Positions 18,242 to 27,616 of a stretch of DNA of 64,000 nucleotides are shown piece after piece (within the stretch, counting starts at the first letter, position 1; the number at the start of each line of letters is the position of its first letter). Made by a program: the position numbers and the translations under genes. The stretch comes from Bacillota bacterium (GTDB taxonomy: Bacteria > Bacillota > Clostridia > Christensenellales > SZUA-584), in the NCBI GenBank assembly GCA_023460085.1, contig JAEWRI010000023.1:69412-133411 (forward strand), written 5' to 3'. The notes below the pieces were generated by a model. That model ran no database searches and was not told the DNA's origin. It worked only from the letters and a program-made list of their open reading frames with translations.

Positions 18242-20224
18242 ATGACTCATATCGACAAGCTGTCCATCGACACGGTGCGTCTGCTGGCGGTGGAGGGCGT
18301 ACAGAAGGCCAACAGCGGCCATCCCGGCCTGCCGCTCGGCGCGGCGCCCATGGCCTACACGCTCTGGTCCAGGCACCTGAAGCACAACCCGAAGAACCCG
18401 GCATGGGCCAACCGCGACCGTTTCGTGCTGTCCGCGGGCCACGGCTCCATGCTGCTCTACTCGCTGCTGCACGTGTTCGGCTACCCCGTATCGCTGGAAG
18501 ACCTTAAGAATTTCCGGCAGTTTGGCTCTCCCACCGCCGGTCATCCGGAGCACGGCCACATTCCGGGCATCGAGACGACCACCGGCCCGCTCGGTCAGGG
18601 CATTGCCAACGCTGTGGGCATGGCGATGGCGGAGTCCCATCTCGCCGCGATATTCAACAAGGACGGCTACCCGGTTGTCGATCATTACACCTATGCGCTC
18701 ACGGGCGACGGCTGCCTGATGGAAGGCGTCGCTTCGGAAGCCTGTTCTCTGGCCGGCACACTGAAGCTGGGCAAGCTCATACTGCTTTATGACCGCAATA
18801 AAATCACCATCGAAGGCGAGACGGATTTCGCGTTTGATGAGGACGTGGCGAAGCGCTTCGAAGCCTACGGCTGGCAGGTGCTCTCCGTGGCGGACGGCAA
18901 CGAGGATGTGGGCGGCATCGACAAGGCCATCTCCATGGCCAAGGCGGAAAAGGGCAAGCCCTCCCTCATCATCATCAACACGGCCATCGGCTACGGCTGC
19001 CCCGCGGTGCAGGGCAAGGCCTCGTGCCACGGCTCCCCGCTGGGCGACGACAACATCGCGGCGCTCAAGAAGACGCTGGAATGGCCCTATGAAGGCAGCT
19101 TCTTCGTACCCGACGAAGTAAAGGCCGAAACCGACGCGCGCCAGAAAGGCTACGACGCCGCGGAGAAGCAGTGGAACGACCTGTTTGCGCAATACCGCAA
19201 AGAATTTCCTGACATGGCTTCTCAGTGGGAGAAGTTCTTCTCCAAGCCTGATACGAAGGCGATATTCGACGACGCCATGTATACGTTCGATAAGCCGCTG
19301 GCAACGCGCCAATCCTCCGGCGAGGTGCTGAACCGTCTCGCGGCGAAGCTGCCCTCGCTGTTCGGCGGCAGCGCAGACCTCGGCCCCTCCAACAACACGG
19401 TCATCAAGGGCAAGCCGTACTACGCGCCGGACTGCCGCGAGGGCACCAACATCCACTATGGCATCCGCGAATTCGCGATGGCGGCAATCGCCAACGGCAT
19501 GTATCTGCACGGCGGCGTGATTCCTTACGTGGCGACGTTCTTCGTATTTACCGATTACCTGAAGAACGCGGTGCGCCTCTCCGCGCTGATGGGCCTGCCG
19601 GTCATCTACGTCATGACGCACGACAGCATCGGTGTCGGCGAGGACGGCCCGACGCACCAGCCCATCGAGCAGCTGGCCTGCATGCGCGCCACCCCCAACA
19701 CCTACATGTGGCGTCCGGCGGACTCCAAAGAGACCGCCGCGGCATACGAATTCGCGCTTACCGCTTCCGGACCGTCCGTGATCGCGCTGACGCGCCAGAC
19801 ACTGCCGCTGTACACCGAAACCGGGCGCGACGCGCTGAAGGGCGCGTATGTGCTGAAGGACTTCGGCACCGCGCCGCAGGTTGCGCTCATCGGCACGGGC
19901 AGCGAGGTGGAGGTCTGCATGGCCGCCGCGCAGAAACTGTCGGAAGAGGGTATCGCGGCACGCGTGATCTCTATGCCCTGCGTCGATCTCTTCGAGGAGC
20001 AGGACGAAGCGTACAAGCAGAGCGTACTGCCGGACAGCCTTGACAGGCGCGTCGTCGTGGAAGCGGGCGCGTCCTTCGGCTGGCACAAGTACGCGCTGCC
20101 CCAGGGCGAGATCGTGGCGCTCGACCAGTTCGGCGCGTCCGCCCCGGCCAAGAAGCTGTTCGAGCTGTACGGCTTCACGGCGGACAACGTCGCCGCCAAA
20201 GCCAAAGCGGTGCTCGCGAAATAG
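18242..20224 (+). CDS. tkt: transketolase
   Basis: [15 protein letters not shown]...SGHPG. ThDP motif GDGCLMEG. Full length of about 660 aa. GGAGG RBS. Confidence 0.95.
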   Translation: MTHIDKLSIDTVRLLAVEGVQKANSGHPGLPLGAAPMAYTLWSRHLKHNPKNPAWANRDRFVLSAGHGSMLLYSLLHVFGYPVSLEDLKNFRQFGSPTAGHPEHGHIPGIETTTGPLGQGIANAVGMAMAESHLAAIFNKDGYPVVDHYTYALTGDGCLMEGVASEACSLAGTLKLGKLILLYDRNKITIEGETDFAFDEDVAKRFEAYGWQVLSVADGNEDVGGIDKAISMAKAEKGKPSLIIINTAIGYGCPAVQGKASCHGSPLGDDNIAALKKTLEWPYEGSFFVPDEVKAETDARQKGYDAAEKQWNDLFAQYRKEFPDMASQWEKFFSKPDTKAIFDDAMYTFDKPLATRQSSGEVLNRLAAKLPSLFGGSADLGPSNNTVIKGKPYYAPDCREGTNIHYGIREFAMAAIANGMYLHGGVIPYVATFFVFTDYLKNAVRLSALMGLPVIYVMTHDSIGVGEDGPTHQPIEQLACMRATPNTYMWRPADSKETAAAYEFALTASGPSVIALTRQTLPLYTETGRDALKGAYVLKDFGTAPQVALIGTGSEVEVCMAAAQKLSEEGIAARVISMPCVDLFEEQDEAYKQSVLPDSLDRRVVVEAGASFGWHKYALPQGEIVALDQFGASAPAKKLFELYGFTADNVAAKAKAVLAK

Positions 20225-20237
20225 CACTCTGCATCAA

Positions 20238-20274
20238 AGGCTGCCCTGTGCGCGCATGGGGCAGCCTCTTTTAT
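20238..20274 (+). terminator. intrinsic terminator after tkt
   Basis: 9-bp stem AGGCTGCCC/GGGCAGCCT followed by CTTTTAT. Confidence 0.7.
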
Positions 20275-20297
20275 ACCCATGAAGAAAGGCGGCGCAC

Positions 20298-21335
20298 ATG
20301 ACAGAAACAGCAGTACCGGTGCGAATTGGCATCGTGGGGACGGGGTCTATCAGCGGCTCGCTGGCGGAAGCCGCCCGAAGGTCGGCGGATTGCGAGGTTG
20401 CGGCGGTGTACTCCCGGGACGAAGCGCGCGCCGCAGCATTCGCGCAGGAGTACGATATCCCGCTGCACTTTTGCGGCTGGGAAGCGTTCCTCTCCAGCGC
20501 CGATATCGACGCTGTCTATATCGCAAGCCCCAACTGCATGCACTATCCGCAGACCATGGCGGCACTGGAAAGCGGGAAGCACGTGCTGTGCGAGAAGCCG
20601 TTTGCGCTCTGCGCCGCGCAGGGCAGGGCCATGCTGGACAGCGCCCGCAACGCAGGGCTGACGCTGCTGGAGGCCATTCGCCCGATACACGATCCCTTTC
20701 TCAGAATAATCACCGATAACCTGCCGCGCATCGGCACCCTGCGCCGCGCGTCGTTCGACTTCTGTCAGTATTCCTCACGGTACGACCGTTTCAAGGCCGG
20801 CGAGTATGTGCGCACCTTCGACGCCGCGCTGGGCAACGCGGCGCTGCTGGATCTCGGCGTATACTGCCTGCATTGCTGCGTCGCGCTGTTCGGTGTCCCC
20901 AGGGACATCCACACGCGCGCGTCCTTCCTGCCCAACGGGACGGAAGCGGCGGGCACGATGCTGCTCGACTACGGTGATATGCAGGCGACAATCGCCTACT
21001 CCAAAGTGTCACAGGCGGTTGTACCCAGCTTCATTCAGGGGGAAGCGGGTACGCTCACCATGGGTACGCTCAATCAGCCATCGTTTGTGGAGCTTTGCCT
21101 GCGCGGCCAAGAGCCGGAGCGGCTGCCGCTGGCTCCGCTTGGCCCCAACATGAACATCGTATACGAAATTGAGACCTTCTGCCGATGTGTGCGCGGAGAG
21201 GCAACAACGGAGCGTTGGGACGCGCAGACGCTGGCTGTACTGAGCCTCATGGACGAGGCGCGCGCCCAGACCGGTATTGACTTTGGTACATCAGAGTCGC
21301 TGACCTTTGGGTGGGCTCCAGGCAGTCCGAAATAA
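20298..21335 (+). CDS. Gfo/Idh/MocA-family oxidoreductase
   Basis: N-terminal Rossmann motif RIGIVGTGSISG. Also has the EKP motif (VLCEKPF). Confidence 0.8.
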   Translation: MTETAVPVRIGIVGTGSISGSLAEAARRSADCEVAAVYSRDEARAAAFAQEYDIPLHFCGWEAFLSSADIDAVYIASPNCMHYPQTMAALESGKHVLCEKPFALCAAQGRAMLDSARNAGLTLLEAIRPIHDPFLRIITDNLPRIGTLRRASFDFCQYSSRYDRFKAGEYVRTFDAALGNAALLDLGVYCLHCCVALFGVPRDIHTRASFLPNGTEAAGTMLLDYGDMQATIAYSKVSQAVVPSFIQGEAGTLTMGTLNQPSFVELCLRGQEPERLPLAPLGPNMNIVYEIETFCRCVRGEATTERWDAQTLAVLSLMDEARAQTGIDFGTSESLTFGWAPGSPK

Positions 21336-21363
21336 AAAACAGGTGCGCGGGGCATCTGTTTTC
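21334..21363. terminator. bidirectional hairpin terminator between convergent genes
   Basis: AACAGGTG/CATCTGTT stem flanked by an A-run and a T-run. Confidence 0.5.
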
Positions 21364-21398
21364 GATGTTGCTGCTCTATGCTTTTCCTGAATTTCCTG

Positions 21399-21971
21399 TC
21401 AGTCCTTTTTTTCTGTTTGCTTTTTCCCCTTCAGCTGCAGGTATGCATTGAAATACGCATACTGGAACAGCGCCAAAACCATCAGTGCGAGCCCAAAATA
21501 GACAAAATAGATATGCCATGGTATCATATCCGGCCTTGGCTGCACCACATGATGCAGGAAGGTGAACGCAATGGACGTATTGAGCGTGAATGCCGCTATC
21601 TTGCCAAAAGTGTTGGCGGGGGCCACCACGCCGTGGGAGTACAGCAATATCCCGCCCCCTATCATCAGCCCTTCCTTGACGAGCATCACCACCAGTATGG
21701 GCCAGGGCAGCACACCCGTCACCATAAAAGCCATCACCGTGAATATGGCCATGAGCTTGTCGGCCAGAGGATCCAGCAGTATACCCGCGTCGGTGATGAG
21801 CTTGTACTTGCGCGCAAGGTAGCCGTCCAGCAGGTCTGTTCCGCACGCGAGGAGGTACACCGCCAGCGCCGGTATCATATAATCAAAATAGCCGAGCACC
21901 GCTACGACGGGCACAAGCGCCAGACGCAGCAGCGTCAGTACATTGGGTGCGTTCAAAGGTATCCTGTTCAA
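21399..21971 (-). CDS. pgsA: CDP-diacylglycerol--glycerol-3-phosphate 3-phosphatidyltransferase (CDP-alcohol phosphatidyltransferase)
   Basis: DLLDGYLARKYKLITDAGILLDPLADK matches the DG(x)2AR...G(x)3D(x)3D motif. Confidence 0.8.
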   Translation of the reverse strand: MNRIPLNAPNVLTLLRLALVPVVAVLGYFDYMIPALAVYLLACGTDLLDGYLARKYKLITDAGILLDPLADKLMAIFTVMAFMVTGVLPWPILVVMLVKEGLMIGGGILLYSHGVVAPANTFGKIAAFTLNTSIAFTFLHHVVQPRPDMIPWHIYFVYFGLALMVLALFQYAYFNAYLQLKGKKQTEKKD

Positions 21972-22027
21972 ATGTCCCTCCCCGGGGCCTGCCCGAAACG
22001 CTTTTCGGTAATGCCGTATATAAATAT

Positions 22028-22072
22028 AAAGACCGTTTTGCCGATAATGATTATACCAGCAAAACGGTCTTT
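22028..22072 (-). terminator. 13-bp-stem hairpin after the dehydrogenase gene
   Basis: AAAGACCGTTTTG/CAAAACGGTCTTT with a 19-nt loop. T-rich sequence follows on the minus strand. Confidence 0.55.
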
Positions 22073-22085
22073 TGCCTATCCCTGT

Positions 22086-23342
22086 TTACGCGATGGGTGC
22101 CGCGTTCGCGAGGAGATATTTTTCCGCCTCGGCGCTCCAGAATCCGCCGGATCTCTTCGTAATCTCGGCAAGGCCGCGGAACAGCGGCGAGTCCTGCTTA
22201 TCAAAATCGTCGATGGCCGTGAGCGGCATGGAGATATGTGTGTAGATCAATTTTTTGCCGCCCGGTATCTGGTCAAGGCGCAGCGTGGCATCGATCACAG
22301 CGTCCAGACCGCCCACGTGCGTAATCATCGCGGTAGGGGTTATCTGCCCTTTGGCCATCATCTCGAGCGATTCGCGCATGTCATCGTTGTTGCCGCCCGA
22401 AGTACCCACGATATGCGTGAAGTTGTAGTGTACGTTGTAGAAGTTGAACAAGGCTGAAAACTTCGTATCCGTGGGGCCGGCAAAGAAATTCATGCAGCCG
22501 TCTTTGGCCAGCAGCGAGTCTCCCTGTTCCACCACGGGGCGCACCGGCGCCATCACCAGCACGTCGTCGAAGCCCTTGCCGCCCGTCAGCGCCATCATCT
22601 CCTCCAGCTTCGCGGGGTCCTTGGTGTTCATGTAGTGCAGCTCTACGCCCTGCTTTTTCGCTTCTTCCACCGTATAGATGCGGGCCGCGCGCGCAAGGCG
22701 CGCTTCGTCGATATCCGTCACCACCAGCCGCCCCGGCCGCCTGTCGCAGTGCAGCGCGTAGTCGATGGATCCAAGGCCCATCGGCCCCACTCCCGCGAGA
22801 ATGGCCATGTTGCCGCCTTCCTTGATGCCCATGTCGTGAACGTACTTACCCTGTCTCGTGTGGTAAAACGCGTGGAAGGTGCCCACGATGCAGCTCATGG
22901 GTTCCGCGAGCGAGCCGTAGAAGTATACATCGGAGTCATACTTCAGCAGGCAGTCCATCTCCATGGCTTCCTGCGGAATCACCACATACGTCGCGTCTCC
23001 GCCGATAAACCGGTACGAGTAGCCGGGCGCGTCCTGAGAGCCCTTGTAATTGAACGCGGGCTGTATCGAGAAGTTATCGCCGGATTTGAACTTATCCTGC
23101 CACTTGCTGCCCACTTCGATGATCTGCCCGCAGAACTCGTGGCCCACGATGGTGGGGTTTGTGGCGACGTCGTTCGGCACGCGCTTATGATCCGAGCCCT
23201 GCAGCGCCGCCTTGTGCGTCGACATGCACAGGCTATCGGACACAACTTTGGCCAGTATCTCGTCGTCCTTAATTGCCGGAAGCTCGAACTCCTCCAGCCG
23301 CAAATCGTTCTTGCCGTAAATCCTGACCGCCTTGGTTTTCAT
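22086..23342 (-). CDS. zinc-dependent sugar-alcohol/sugar-phosphate dehydrogenase (MDR family, sorbose-1-phosphate-reductase-like)
   Basis: GHEFCG zinc site and GVGPMG Rossmann motif. 418 aa. Confidence 0.75.
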   Translation of the reverse strand: MKTKAVRIYGKNDLRLEEFELPAIKDDEILAKVVSDSLCMSTHKAALQGSDHKRVPNDVATNPTIVGHEFCGQIIEVGSKWQDKFKSGDNFSIQPAFNYKGSQDAPGYSYRFIGGDATYVVIPQEAMEMDCLLKYDSDVYFYGSLAEPMSCIVGTFHAFYHTRQGKYVHDMGIKEGGNMAILAGVGPMGLGSIDYALHCDRRPGRLVVTDIDEARLARAARIYTVEEAKKQGVELHYMNTKDPAKLEEMMALTGGKGFDDVLVMAPVRPVVEQGDSLLAKDGCMNFFAGPTDTKFSALFNFYNVHYNFTHIVGTSGGNNDDMRESLEMMAKGQITPTAMITHVGGLDAVIDATLRLDQIPGGKKLIYTHISMPLTAIDDFDKQDSPLFRGLAEITKRSGGFWSAEAEKYLLANAAPIA

Positions 23343-23354
23343 GTTTCTGTCCTC

Positions 23355-24116
23355 CTATACTACTGTAACAATCGTTTTTTGACGGATATGCTCCAGCGCG
23401 TCCGCGCCGATGCCTTCATCCGTTACCAACTCATCCACTTCATCCCAATGCGCAAACTCCACCACGGCCTGCGTTCCGGCCTTAGAGGAGTCCCCCAGCA
23501 CAAGGATGCGGTTGCCTGCCGCTATCATCGCGGCCTTCAGCTCCGCTTCAATGAAGTTCTCCACACACGGTCCGCCGCGGTCGCGAAAGCCGCTTGTCCC
23601 CAGCACCGCCAGATCCACGCGGATTTCCTTGAGGCTTCGCATGGCCCAGCTGCCCACGATGGCGTTGCTGTTGTGGCGCACCTGCCCGCCCAGCACATAG
23701 GTGGTGATGCCGTACTCATCCAGCAGCTGCGCAGCCTTCAGGCCGTTGGTGAAAACCGTGATATCCTTTTTCATCGTCAGGGCCTGCGCGAAGGTATACA
23801 CCGTGGAGCCGCCGTCCAGCAGCAAAGACATGCCGCTTTCCACGCGCTTCACCGCTTCTTCGGCGATGCGCTGCTTCTCGTCAAGCCTCCGTACGGCTTT
23901 TTCCGTAAAGCTGGGTTCACTCGCGCCGCCCACCGCCATTGCGCCGCCATACGCCTTTACCGCCAGTCCCTTCTCCTCGAGAAATATCAAATCCTTTCGG
24001 ATGGTTTCGGAAGAAACATTGAAGAGCCGCGCAAGCTCCGCCACCCGGATGCTGCCTTCGGCAGCCAGCCGCTTCTCGATATAGCCGCGCCTCTCCTGCA
24101 TCAGATGCAGGCTCAT
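23355..24116 (-). CDS. DeoR/GlpR-family transcriptional regulator
   Basis: N-terminal HTH RVAELARLFNVSSETIRKDL plus a DeoR C-terminal sugar-phosphate sensor domain. AAGGAGG RBS. Confidence 0.85.
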   Translation of the reverse strand: MSLHLMQERRGYIEKRLAAEGSIRVAELARLFNVSSETIRKDLIFLEEKGLAVKAYGGAMAVGGASEPSFTEKAVRRLDEKQRIAEEAVKRVESGMSLLLDGGSTVYTFAQALTMKKDITVFTNGLKAAQLLDEYGITTYVLGGQVRHNSNAIVGSWAMRSLKEIRVDLAVLGTSGFRDRGGPCVENFIEAELKAAMIAAGNRILVLGDSSKAGTQAVVEFAHWDEVDELVTDEGIGADALEHIRQKTIVTVV

Positions 24117-24134
24117 CCCATTTTCCTCCTTACA

Positions 24135-24249
24135 AATCGCAATTCATTCCAACCAATTGCAATTATACACTTGCGTCAGAATGGCGTCAAGCCCGGTTCC
24201 AGCCATATATGCAGGCAAAGCGTTCGTTTTTTATCTCACAATTGCAATA
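24135..24249. promoter_or_regulatory. three copies of an AATTGCAATT palindromic box (candidate operators)
   Basis: 24135 AATCGCAATT, 24155 AATTGCAATT (perfect) and 24240 AATTGCAATA. The first two are 20 bp apart. Confidence 0.4.
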
Positions 24250-24270
24250 TCTCCTTAATCTGTGTATAAT
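24242..24270 (+). promoter_or_regulatory. sigma-A-type promoter for the diguanylate cyclase gene
   Basis: TTGCAA-N17-TATAAT. The -35 lies inside the third palindromic box. Confidence 0.45.
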
Positions 24271-24308
24271 GTAGTTATATTTTCCAGCCCAAGCAATGGA
24301 GCAAGGGT

Positions 24309-25457
24309 ATGTTTGAGAAAATTGACATCGATATATTTTCGATACTGCTGTTGGCAATCGTGTTGTTCAACCATCTGCGCAACAGCAGCGAAGGCATGTT
24401 CCGTCAGAGATTTTTTCGCGCGCTTATCATCTGCAATATGGGCATCATGCTCTCCGACATGCTCATCTACCTGCTTCTGGAGAAGCCTGGCACCTTCGCG
24501 CATACTTCCCTGTATGCGCTGCAATCGGTATTCTTCATGCTCTGCGCCCTCTTCTGCCTGATATGGGCGCTGTACTGCTCGCTCTGGCCCGGTTCCAAAC
24601 TGCGCCCGGCCACACTGATACTGCTGAGCACACCGATTGTTCTGCTGGCGGTTTTTATCAGCCTGAACGCTACGCAGGGCTTCCTGTTCCGCATCAATGC
24701 GGATAACTCCTATCAGCGCGGTCCTTACTTCCATCTCATATCGGTGTGCACGTATGCATACGTGATTTACGCGCTGATACAAATCTTCCGCGACAAAAGC
24801 CGCCTGACAAACCGTGAGTTCTATACGTATCTGCTGATTCCATTATTCCCTACGGCGCTTGGCATAGTACAGCTTGTACTGCATGCCTCCACGCTGATGG
24901 TCTGGCCGGCCACGGCATTGGCTATGGTGATGATGCAGATAGTACGGCTGACGGAGAAAATCAATTTGGATCATCTGTCCGGGCTGTACAACCGGAAATA
25001 CCTCGACGAATATATCGACGATGTGCTGCAGATGAACCGCTCCGGCGGCGTGGGCAAAGGCGGCAAAAAGTTTGCGGCCATCATGCTCGATATCGACGAT
25101 TTCAAAACCATCAACGACACCTTCGGTCATGTCGAGGGGGATCACGCCATCATTCTGGCTGCGGACATACTGCGCAAAAGCATCCGAAAGGGCGACGTCG
25201 CGGCGCGCTACGGCGGTGATGAATTCCTGATCGTGCTCGACCAGTGCAGCGACAGCACGCCCACCCGTGTCATCCGGCGCATTCGCGAGAACGTACAGAA
25301 GTTCAACCGGGAAAACAAGCTGCCTTACGCCATCGAATTCTCTATGGGATATAAGGTATATTCCAATCTGCACGGCCTGACGAGCAAACAGATCTTTACC
25401 AGCATCGACGCGCTGATGTACCAGAACAAACACAGCAAACTGGGCATCCATGCATAA
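24309..25457 (+). CDS. membrane-bound diguanylate cyclase (GGDEF) with I-site
   Basis: About 6 N-terminal TM helices. GGDEF is intact, with RKGD (RxxD) five residues upstream. Confidence 0.85.
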   Translation: MFEKIDIDIFSILLLAIVLFNHLRNSSEGMFRQRFFRALIICNMGIMLSDMLIYLLLEKPGTFAHTSLYALQSVFFMLCALFCLIWALYCSLWPGSKLRPATLILLSTPIVLLAVFISLNATQGFLFRINADNSYQRGPYFHLISVCTYAYVIYALIQIFRDKSRLTNREFYTYLLIPLFPTALGIVQLVLHASTLMVWPATALAMVMMQIVRLTEKINLDHLSGLYNRKYLDEYIDDVLQMNRSGGVGKGGKKFAAIMLDIDDFKTINDTFGHVEGDHAIILAADILRKSIRKGDVAARYGGDEFLIVLDQCSDSTPTRVIRRIRENVQKFNRENKLPYAIEFSMGYKVYSNLHGLTSKQIFTSIDALMYQNKHSKLGIHA

Positions 25458-25589
25458 AAATGCACTTTTCAAACTTGAATTTTCATATATAATAGGACAC
25501 GGGATCTGCGCCTATAAAGCTTCGACTTGGCGCAGATCGACTACTTGAAAGCGCGCGGCCTGGGCTCTGCCGCGCAAGCAGGAGATTCT

Positions 25590-27260
25590 ATGCATAAAAC
25601 CGATCTCGAAATTGCGCGCGAGGCCAATCCGCTGCCCATCGGCAGCGTCGCGGAGCGCGCAGGCATTCTGGACAGCGAAATCATTCCCTTTGGCAGCAGC
25701 AAGGCCAAGGTCTCCCTTTCCATATTGGATCGCATCCGCAGCAACCCTCCCGGAAAGCTGGTGCTCGTCTCCGCCATCAACCCCACGCCCGCGGGCGAAG
25801 GGAAAACCACCATTTCTATCGGGCTGGCGGACGCGCTGAGCCGCTGCGGCCAGAAGGTCTGCCTTACGCTGCGCGAACCCTCCCTCGGGCCGGTGTTCGG
25901 CATCAAGGGCGGCGCGGCGGGCGGCGGATATTCGCAGGTGATCCCAATGGAAGACATCAACCTGCACTTTACGGGCGATTTGCATGCCGTCACCGCAGCC
26001 AACAACCTGCTTTGCGCGCTGGTAGACAACCACATCCAACAGGGCAACGCACTCGGTATTGACCCGCGGCGCATCACCGTGCGGCGCTGCATGGACATGA
26101 ACGACAGGCAGCTGCGCTTCATCACGTGCGGCCTTGGCGGGCGAGCCAACGGCATGCCGCGCGAAGACAGCTTCGACATCACCGCCGCCTCTGAAGTCAT
26201 GGCAGTGCTGTGCCTCGCCTCCAATCTGCACGACCTGAAAGACCGGCTGGCGCGCATCAAGGTGGCCTATACGTTTGACGACAAACCCGTCACCGCGGAA
26301 GCGCTGCGCGCGCAGGGCGCTATGGCCGCGCTGCTGAAGGACGCCATTCACCCCAACCTGGTACAGACGCTGGAGGGCACACCCTGTCTGATGCACGGCG
26401 GCCCGTTCGCCAACATCGCGCACGGCTGCAACAGCTATATCGCCACGCACACCGCGCTGCATCTCGCGGACTACGTCGTCACCGAAGCGGGTTTCGGCGC
26501 GGACCTCGGCGCGGAGAAATTTCTCGATATCAAATGCCGTCAGACGGGGCTTTGGCCGCATGCCGTCGTCGTCGTCGCTACGGTACGCGCGCTTAAGGTT
26601 CACGGGGGCGTCGCGAAGGAGGCGCTTGCCACACCGGATGCCACGGCGGTGGAACGCGGCTTTGCCAACCTCGGCAAGCACATCGAAAACCTTCAGGGAT
26701 TCTTCGGCCTGCCGGTGGCGGTGGCAGTCAACCGCTTTGATACCGACTCGGCGGAGGAAATGGACACCATCATCCGCCTGTGCGCAGAAAAGGGCGTCAC
26801 CGCAGTGCCCGCCGAAGTATGGGCCAAGGGCGGGGAAGGCGGCGTCGCGCTCGCGCAGGAAGTAATGCGCATCGCACGCAAAGGCGATCCGCGCCATCCT
26901 TACGCGCTGGAGGACAGCATCGAAACCAAAATCGAAAAGCTTGCGCGCACCATCTACGGCGCGGGCGAAATTCATTACTCCGCAGGCGTCGCCAAGGACA
27001 TCCGCATGCTCAGCATCAACGGCTATGCGCACCTGCCCGTCTGCATCGCCAAGACGCAGTACTCGCTCTCGCACGATGCCAAGCTGCTGGGGCGTCCGGA
27101 AGACTTCCGTTTCACCGTGCGCGGCGTCAAGCTCTCCGCGGGCGCGGGGTTCATCGTCGTCATGGCGGGCGACATTACCACCATGCCCGGACTGCCCAAA
27201 AACCCCGCTGCGGAGCAGATCACGATCGACGACGAAGGCCGTATCGACGGGTTATTCTAA
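25590..27260 (+). CDS. fhs: formate--tetrahydrofolate ligase
   Basis: MHKTDLEIAREA... and PTPAGEGKTT P-loop. 556 aa. AGGAG RBS. The track ORF from 25527 is an upstream extension. Confidence 0.95.
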   Translation: MHKTDLEIAREANPLPIGSVAERAGILDSEIIPFGSSKAKVSLSILDRIRSNPPGKLVLVSAINPTPAGEGKTTISIGLADALSRCGQKVCLTLREPSLGPVFGIKGGAAGGGYSQVIPMEDINLHFTGDLHAVTAANNLLCALVDNHIQQGNALGIDPRRITVRRCMDMNDRQLRFITCGLGGRANGMPREDSFDITAASEVMAVLCLASNLHDLKDRLARIKVAYTFDDKPVTAEALRAQGAMAALLKDAIHPNLVQTLEGTPCLMHGGPFANIAHGCNSYIATHTALHLADYVVTEAGFGADLGAEKFLDIKCRQTGLWPHAVVVVATVRALKVHGGVAKEALATPDATAVERGFANLGKHIENLQGFFGLPVAVAVNRFDTDSAEEMDTIIRLCAEKGVTAVPAEVWAKGGEGGVALAQEVMRIARKGDPRHPYALEDSIETKIEKLARTIYGAGEIHYSAGVAKDIRMLSINGYAHLPVCIAKTQYSLSHDAKLLGRPEDFRFTVRGVKLSAGAGFIVVMAGDITTMPGLPKNPAAEQITIDDEGRIDGLF

Positions 27261-27368
27261 CAGCATCCCGAATATTTTGTGAACTTTGGCTGCGGACATA
27301 TTAAAAAGGATGCCATGATGGTACAATAGGGACTACACCCAGAAACCGCACAACGATTTGGAGAGACT

Positions 27369-27581
27369 ATGACAAAAAAAAGCTTAATCGTACTGCTGAT
27401 ATTTGTGATTATCGCAGGCGCCGTGGCAGGCGCATTCGTATTCTTAAACCAGCAGGGAGCGGGTGAGTCCTCCGCAACGCCCGGAATGTATAACAGCTCA
27501 GTCGGCGTGGGCTTTGCTCCCGCCGCAGTACAGCCGTGTCTGGTTCGTCCCGCGCCGGAACCGGAAACCTGCTTCCTGTAA
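27369..27581 (+). CDS. small membrane-anchored hypothetical protein
   Basis: GGAGAG RBS and an N-terminal TM helix. A terminator follows. Confidence 0.35.
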   Translation: MTKKSLIVLLIFVIIAGAVAGAFVFLNQQGAGESSATPGMYNSSVGVGFAPAAVQPCLVRPAPEPETCFL

Positions 27582-27588
27582 CCGCATG

Positions 27589-27616
27589 AAAAAAGGCAGC
27601 GTGCGCTGCCTTTTAT
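27589..27616. terminator. bidirectional intrinsic terminator (convergent with gltX)
   Basis: AAGGCAGC-GTGC-GCTGCCTT stem flanked by an A-run and a T-run. Confidence 0.7.

Noticed and set aside
18149-20227. 692-aa ORF antisense to the whole transketolase gene.
   Set aside because: This is a shadow frame typical of high-GC DNA with GC-rich third positions. The translation is Arg/His/Ala/Gly-rich with no recognisable motifs, while the opposite strand encodes an unmistakable Tkt.
25503-25575. Possible ZTP (pfl) riboswitch upstream of fhs. Fragments GACUUGGCG and CGGCCUGGGC resemble the two conserved pfl blocks.
   Set aside because: The ACUGGCG-like block sits on the 3' arm of a perfect 10-bp hairpin rather than after a P1 5' strand. 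There is no P2 hairpin. The required pseudoknot complementarity (GGCG with CGCC) is also absent. This should still be tested with cmscan.
25512-27074. 520-aa ORF antisense to fhs.
   Set aside because: Same high-GC shadow-frame artefact. The fhs assignment on the plus strand is unambiguous.
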